A stretch of DNA of 64,000 nucleotides from an uncultured Pseudomonadales bacterium (lineage in GTDB: Bacteria > Patescibacteriota > Microgenomatia > UBA1400 > CAYXSR01), in the NCBI GenBank assembly GCA_964430265.1, contig CAYSEI010000005.1, positions 14,784 through 78,783 on the forward strand, in the 5' to 3' direction. The notes below the pieces were generated by a model that worked only from the letters and a program-made list of their open reading frames with translations, was not told the DNA's origin and ran no database searches. Made by a program: the position numbers and the translations under genes. Shown in pieces: positions 59,768 through 64,000 of the stretch (the first letter of the stretch is position 1; every line of letters starts with the position of its first letter).

Positions 59768-60547
59768 TCATTTTTTAAAAAACTTAAACAATTCTAGCCA
59801 GTTTTCCAAGCAAAGATTAGTTGGCTTACTATTAAAATCAATTCTTAGTTTCTGGGTAATATAGTTTAATTCCTTGTTGGAGAAATAACTACTTAAATTC
59901 TGATTAATTCTTCTTCCACCTTTGTATCCATTTTCAACAAAATTCTTATACTCTTTTTCTTGTGATCTTCTTAATAAAGCTTTTTTTCTTTGTGAAATTT
60001 TTAAAAGAACTGTGTTTACTTTTGCCTTAGGTTTAAAATCACTTTTATCAAACTGATGCATAACTTCAAAAGTAAACCAGGGACCATAAAGAACAGAGAA
60101 CATTGAATTTGTTTTTATACCTGCCCATCTTAATGCAGGCTTTTTAATTAAAACCAAGCAAGCCTCCTTAGGTGGGTTTTTAGCATTTAATAGTTTTCTA
60201 ATTAATTCTCCTTCAATATAAAAAGGCGGATTACTAAATACTTTGTATTCTGATCTTGGCAAAGGGAATTCAAGCACATCGGCCTGGAAAAGAACAACAT
60301 TTTCAGCTACTCTATTTTTTAAAAATTCAATTAGAGAAGTATCAATTTCAACTGCTATGACCTGATTACTTAACTCCGACAACTCGTGGGTAATGATTCC
60401 TTTTCCCGGACCCACTTCAAAAACCACATCTTTTTTATCAATAGAAGACTTGCCAAGCAGATATTTAACAAGCTGCCGGCTGTATAAAAAATTCTGGGAG
60501 AGAGACCGTTTTGATTTGAACATCACAACGGCCCCTGACTGTAACAA
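59768..60547 (-). CDS. rRNA adenine N6-methyltransferase (Erm/KsgA family, Erm-like)
   Basis: SQNFL, EVGPGKG, VEID, SNPPF, FKPKAKV; true start may be near 60523-60526. Confidence 0.85.
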   Translation of the reverse strand: MLQSGAVVMFKSKRSLSQNFLYSRQLVKYLLGKSSIDKKDVVFEVGPGKGIITHELSELSNQVIAVEIDTSLIEFLKNRVAENVVLFQADVLEFPLPRSEYKVFSNPPFYIEGELIRKLLNAKNPPKEACLVLIKKPALRWAGIKTNSMFSVLYGPWFTFEVMHQFDKSDFKPKAKVNTVLLKISQRKKALLRRSQEKEYKNFVENGYKGGRRINQNLSSYFSNKELNYITQKLRIDFNSKPTNLCLENWLELFKFFKK

Positions 60548-60672
60548 ATATCATAACACCTAAATTATACCACTTTTCTTACTTAATTTTTACTTTAATC
60601 TTACCTGTATTTAAAACCAGAACAATAATATAACTATGTAAATAAAATTAAATAACAAATTAAGGAGTAAAA

Positions 60673-61110
60673 ATGAATATAAAAAGTAATGCTTTTGAAC
60701 ACAATGGTTTTATCCCCTCTAAATATACTTGTGACGCGCAAAATATTAATCCACCACTTGAGTTTTCAGATGTTCCTAAGAATACAAAAAGTTTGGCATT
60801 GATTGTTGAAGACCCGGATGCTCCTGGCCAAACCTGGGATCATTGGCTCCTATGGAATATTTCTCCGGACACCAAAAAAATTAAAAAAGGAAAAATGCCT
60901 GAAGAAGCAATAGCAGGAACAAATGATTTTAATAAAACTACTTATGGCGGTCCTTGCCCTCCATCTGGAACACACCGCTACTTTTTCAAGCTTTATGCTT
61001 TAAACAAAAAACTGGAACTAAAAAAAGGGGCGGATAAAAACACCTTGTTGCCACAGCTTAAAAAACATCAGCTTGATTATGCAGAGCTGGTCGGCAAATA
61101 TTCCCGGTAA
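60673..61110 (+). CDS. YbhB/YbcL (PEBP/Raf kinase inhibitor-like) protein
   Basis: YTCD, DPDAP, HW, GPCPP.G.HRY.F. Confidence 0.93.
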   Translation: MNIKSNAFEHNGFIPSKYTCDAQNINPPLEFSDVPKNTKSLALIVEDPDAPGQTWDHWLLWNISPDTKKIKKGKMPEEAIAGTNDFNKTTYGGPCPPSGTHRYFFKLYALNKKLELKKGADKNTLLPQLKKHQLDYAELVGKYSR

Positions 61111-61191
61111 GTAAAAGCTTTATAAAAAGATTTCAAGTCTTTTTTACTCATATAACTTTGCTTATTTATAAAAAAGCTATATTACTTCACC

Positions 61192-62004
61192 CTAATCTCT
61201 TTTTATTTCCTTTAAAAATAGCTGTGTAAAATATGTGCTTAAACCAATAATTAAGATAATTAAATATCCTGGTAAAGGAAAAGCAATATTGTTTTGCAAA
61301 CAAGAAACAATAAACAAAGAAACTATACCAATTCCCATTGTGGCAGCAAAAACCATAAAAGGTACTGCAAAAAACAAACCCAAACCTTTTCTTTTTTTTA
61401 TTATCTGGGAGACAATAATCATTCCTGGAAGAATAAAGGCTAAATCAAGAACATGGACTGGATTTGTTAGCAATCCTGTATCCTGCAAAATTTCCGGTTT
61501 TTCAAAAGAAAAAAGAACCGGGGCTATTTCACTTAGCCACAAAAAACTAAATAAAACAGCAATAGTAATTAAAAGTTGTCTGGCTTTTTGTGCCTGTTTG
61601 TTTTTATTAAGGATTTTAAATATTTTTTTAAGTTTAATTTCCAACATACTACTTAAAGGAACATAAAAAGAAAGACCTAAAATTGCTACATAAACAAGAA
61701 ACAAGTAATTAAAATGAATTGCAAAACTATAAATTGCAAATGCATATAACAGATATAGATAACAACCTAACCACACAAAGTATGCACGTAGTGATTTTTT
61801 GTTTAAATAGTAAGAAGAAATGATTAAAACAATAACTACCAAAATGTTTGCAATATCCTGTCCCAAAGCTTGTGAAGCCCAGTTAGCTGTTTCTTGAATA
61901 TATGTTTTCTTCCAAAAAATACCTAACAAGCTTGTAAGAGTAACAAAAAAAGCATTTAAATAGGATAAATATATATAAACTGAGGAAACTTTAATTCTTT
62001 GCAC
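61192..62004 (-). CDS. Hypothetical integral membrane protein
   Basis: About 8 TMs; GQD; NPVHVLDLAF. Confidence 0.72.
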   Translation of the reverse strand: MQRIKVSSVYIYLSYLNAFFVTLTSLLGIFWKKTYIQETANWASQALGQDIANILVVIVLIISSYYLNKKSLRAYFVWLGCYLYLLYAFAIYSFAIHFNYLFLVYVAILGLSFYVPLSSMLEIKLKKIFKILNKNKQAQKARQLLITIAVLFSFLWLSEIAPVLFSFEKPEILQDTGLLTNPVHVLDLAFILPGMIIVSQIIKKRKGLGLFFAVPFMVFAATMGIGIVSLFIVSCLQNNIAFPLPGYLIILIIGLSTYFTQLFLKEIKRD

Positions 62005-62043
62005 AATTATGTTTTGGTAACTTTATTACGTCTCTTTGGCTAT

Positions 62044-62541
62044 TTAGTTTAATTGGTTTAATCCTTCTCTTACCCCTATTTTAAGCAGCTCCGTAAAAAT
62101 TGTCGGATCAAGTATATACACTAAAGCAAAAGAAGAAATAAAAATAATAACTGCCAACCAGATTGTAAATCTACCCCTTGTATTAGTAATCAAAATAACA
62201 GACAAAATTGCCAACAATGTAGGACCTAAAATTCGCAGATCACCTAATGGTACCCAATATCCTCCAATCATTTTTTCTGTTTCACCTAAAAACTCAGCAA
62301 GATTAACCTCTACATTAAAAAGAATTAGAGCAATTTCAGCAATGATAACCGCCAACATTCCCACTGAGGCAAACTTTGTAGACTTTCCTTCAGTACGATA
62401 TACTTCATACCCCACCACCGGCAAAAGAAAAATTGCTAATATTAAAGCGCTTTGCTGCAGTAAAGCCCAAATTATACCAACAAAAGCCAGTATTGATAAT
62501 AATGTACAAATCCTAGGTGCATTTTTGTATGCTTTAGCCAT
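62044..62541 (-). CDS. Hypothetical integral membrane protein
   Basis: About 5 TMs; EVYRTEG.STK.AS; RG..T.WL. Confidence 0.72.
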   Translation of the reverse strand: MAKAYKNAPRICTLLSILAFVGIIWALLQQSALILAIFLLPVVGYEVYRTEGKSTKFASVGMLAVIIAEIALILFNVEVNLAEFLGETEKMIGGYWVPLGDLRILGPTLLAILSVILITNTRGRFTIWLAVIIFISSFALVYILDPTIFTELLKIGVREGLNQLN

Positions 62542-62611
62542 AATTGTTCCTTCTTTAAATTAATATTTATCTTATTGTAGCTTGTCAAGGGATTTAAATA
62601 AATACTAAAAA

Positions 62612-63367
62612 TTATAAGTTTTCCAACAAGGCTTGTGTAGCTTCTTCAGCTGGAACATGAAACTTTTTTTCATAAATTAACATTGCATCCGCATCTGTTA
62701 ATGATTGCATACCTATTGCGCTAGTATTGCCATTTCTAGGGAGAGGAGACGCCTGGATTTCTACACCACCACCTATTCCTTCAAGATCTTGAAAACTTTC
62801 ACCCCAAAAAGACTCTATTTCTCCATATCCAGTTGTAATTAAAACCCCTCCTATTTCTAAAGATTCAATGATATAACCCCAATAATTGCTCGGCAAAAAA
62901 GTCCTCCAACTAACAAATGCAGGAACACTTTGCACAGGTAGTTCTTTTAAAAAACCCTCAGCTCTAATATGGCTAAAATAAATTTCTCTCAGACTTTCAT
63001 GTCGAAAACCCTTTACAACCCAAGAAACATCTGGCTCCTTTATCTCAAATATAAACATTAACCTAAGTGCAGCTTGCAAATTTTTAGTCAACCATTCCCA
63101 CTCAGTAAAATCCGCATAATTTGGATCAATAGCCATTACTTTTTCTACTCCCAATAATGAAAAAGCGCGCAAAGGATTTCTTGCCGCTCCAATATCTATT
63201 GCCCATTTCGCTCTTCCTTTTAATTCTTCTTTTAACCTTAGAAATTCCGCTTTCCCCAATTTTTTTGCTAAAGAAAAATCAATTGTTTTTAATAATTCCC
63301 AATCCCTTTTTTCTCGAGCAATTTTTTCTGGGCTTATAGTAGTTTGTAATTCTGGTCCAATTTTCAT
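62612..63367 (-). CDS. Hypothetical protein, possibly divergent class I SAM-methyltransferase fold
   Basis: AIDIGAA, VMAIDP and L..GGVLI motifs. Confidence 0.5.
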   Translation of the reverse strand: MKIGPELQTTISPEKIAREKRDWELLKTIDFSLAKKLGKAEFLRLKEELKGRAKWAIDIGAARNPLRAFSLLGVEKVMAIDPNYADFTEWEWLTKNLQAALRLMFIFEIKEPDVSWVVKGFRHESLREIYFSHIRAEGFLKELPVQSVPAFVSWRTFLPSNYWGYIIESLEIGGVLITTGYGEIESFWGESFQDLEGIGGGVEIQASPLPRNGNTSAIGMQSLTDADAMLIYEKKFHVPAEEATQALLENL

Positions 63368-63503
63368 TTTAGTTTTCCAATTCTATCAGAAAACAGACGT
63401 TCTTTAAACTTTCTTACACAAATTTAGCAATTTTTTTATTTTTTATAATTAAAATAAGGTTAGTTAATAAAAATTAGATTTTTTAATATATAATGTTAGT
63501 CTT

Positions 63504-64000
63504 ATGCATAAAAACAATCTTTTAATTAAACAAAAAATAGTTCTTCTATTATCAGCCACTTTTATGGTAATTGTTACCATCCTCTATTTTTTAAAGCCTA
63601 TAGAACAAGGCAAGCAAGAAACAAATACATTTATAAAACCTGTCCCAACCCCTAAAAACAAATCAAGCTCTAATTCTGAAAATATAATACCCGTTTCTTC
63701 TTTAGAACCATCACAAAATATTCCTCAGAACAAAATATTAAAAAATGGAAAGCATATGTATCAGACATTTAATAACTGCGGTCCTGCTTCTTTAAGCATG
63801 GCTCTTTCATATTTTGACATTAACGTCAGTCAACAACAATTGGGTAACCAACTGCGGCCTTACCAACACCCAGACGGAGACAACGACGATAAATCTGTAA
63901 CTTTTGCGGAATTATCAGAAAAAGCAGAGGAATATGGTTTTCTTACCTATTCCCGGCCTGCTGGAAATATTGAAATGATACAAAAATTTATTGCCAGTGA
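63504..64000 (+). CDS. C39-like peptidase, membrane anchored (partial, runs off window)
   Basis: Manual translation gives MHKNN...TM...HMYQTFNNCGPASLSMALSY; frame is open to the window end. Confidence 0.82.
   Translation, partial: MHKNNLLIKQKIVLLLSATFMVIVTILYFLKPIEQGKQETNTFIKPVPTPKNKSSSNSENIIPVSSLEPSQNIPQNKILKNGKHMYQTFNNCGPASLSMALSYFDINVSQQQLGNQLRPYQHPDGDNDDKSVTFAELSEKAEEYGFLTYSRPAGNIEMIQKFIAS

Overview
AT-rich bacterial chromosomal window (code 11), most likely Patescibacteria/CPR (Microgenomates-like), judged from 16S signatures and CPR-typical gene families. The left 17 kb holds an unlinked rRNA locus on the minus strand. The 16S gene has its own promoter and ends at a terminator shared with a convergent tRNA-Ile. 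About 10 kb of cohesin/dockerin/Cys-rich surface-protein genes plus a GH39 follow, then a separately promoted tRNA-Ala and 23S. The 23S carries three group I introns (E. coli sites 1931, 1943, 2500), each with a LAGLIDADG ORF, and a 12-nt micro-exon. The rest is core/accessory metabolism: thpR-gpmI-eno, recF-mutM-GT4-5'3' exonuclease-ftsH, a T-box/trpS/leader-peptide/trpB unit, two CAU tRNAs (one highly atypical), a Xer-like recombinase, two VirD4/HerA-like ATPases, an nrdR-nrdD(intein, split)-nrdG-mazG-maf-pyk operon, amrS, VanW, CarD-like, GH130s, DPSL, an L,D-transpeptidase and an Erm/KsgA-like methylase. The most interesting signals are: (1) terminator/antiterminator switches in the leaders of both rRNA units, with a shared 5' motif; (2) the cohesin-dockerin surface cluster with a shared PE[VIL]Y motif; (3) tandem Trp sensing by an ultrashort T-box and a Trp-Trp leader peptide in front of a lone trpB; (4) a non-canonical initiator-like tRNA. 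All family assignments come from motif recognition by eye; no searches were run.
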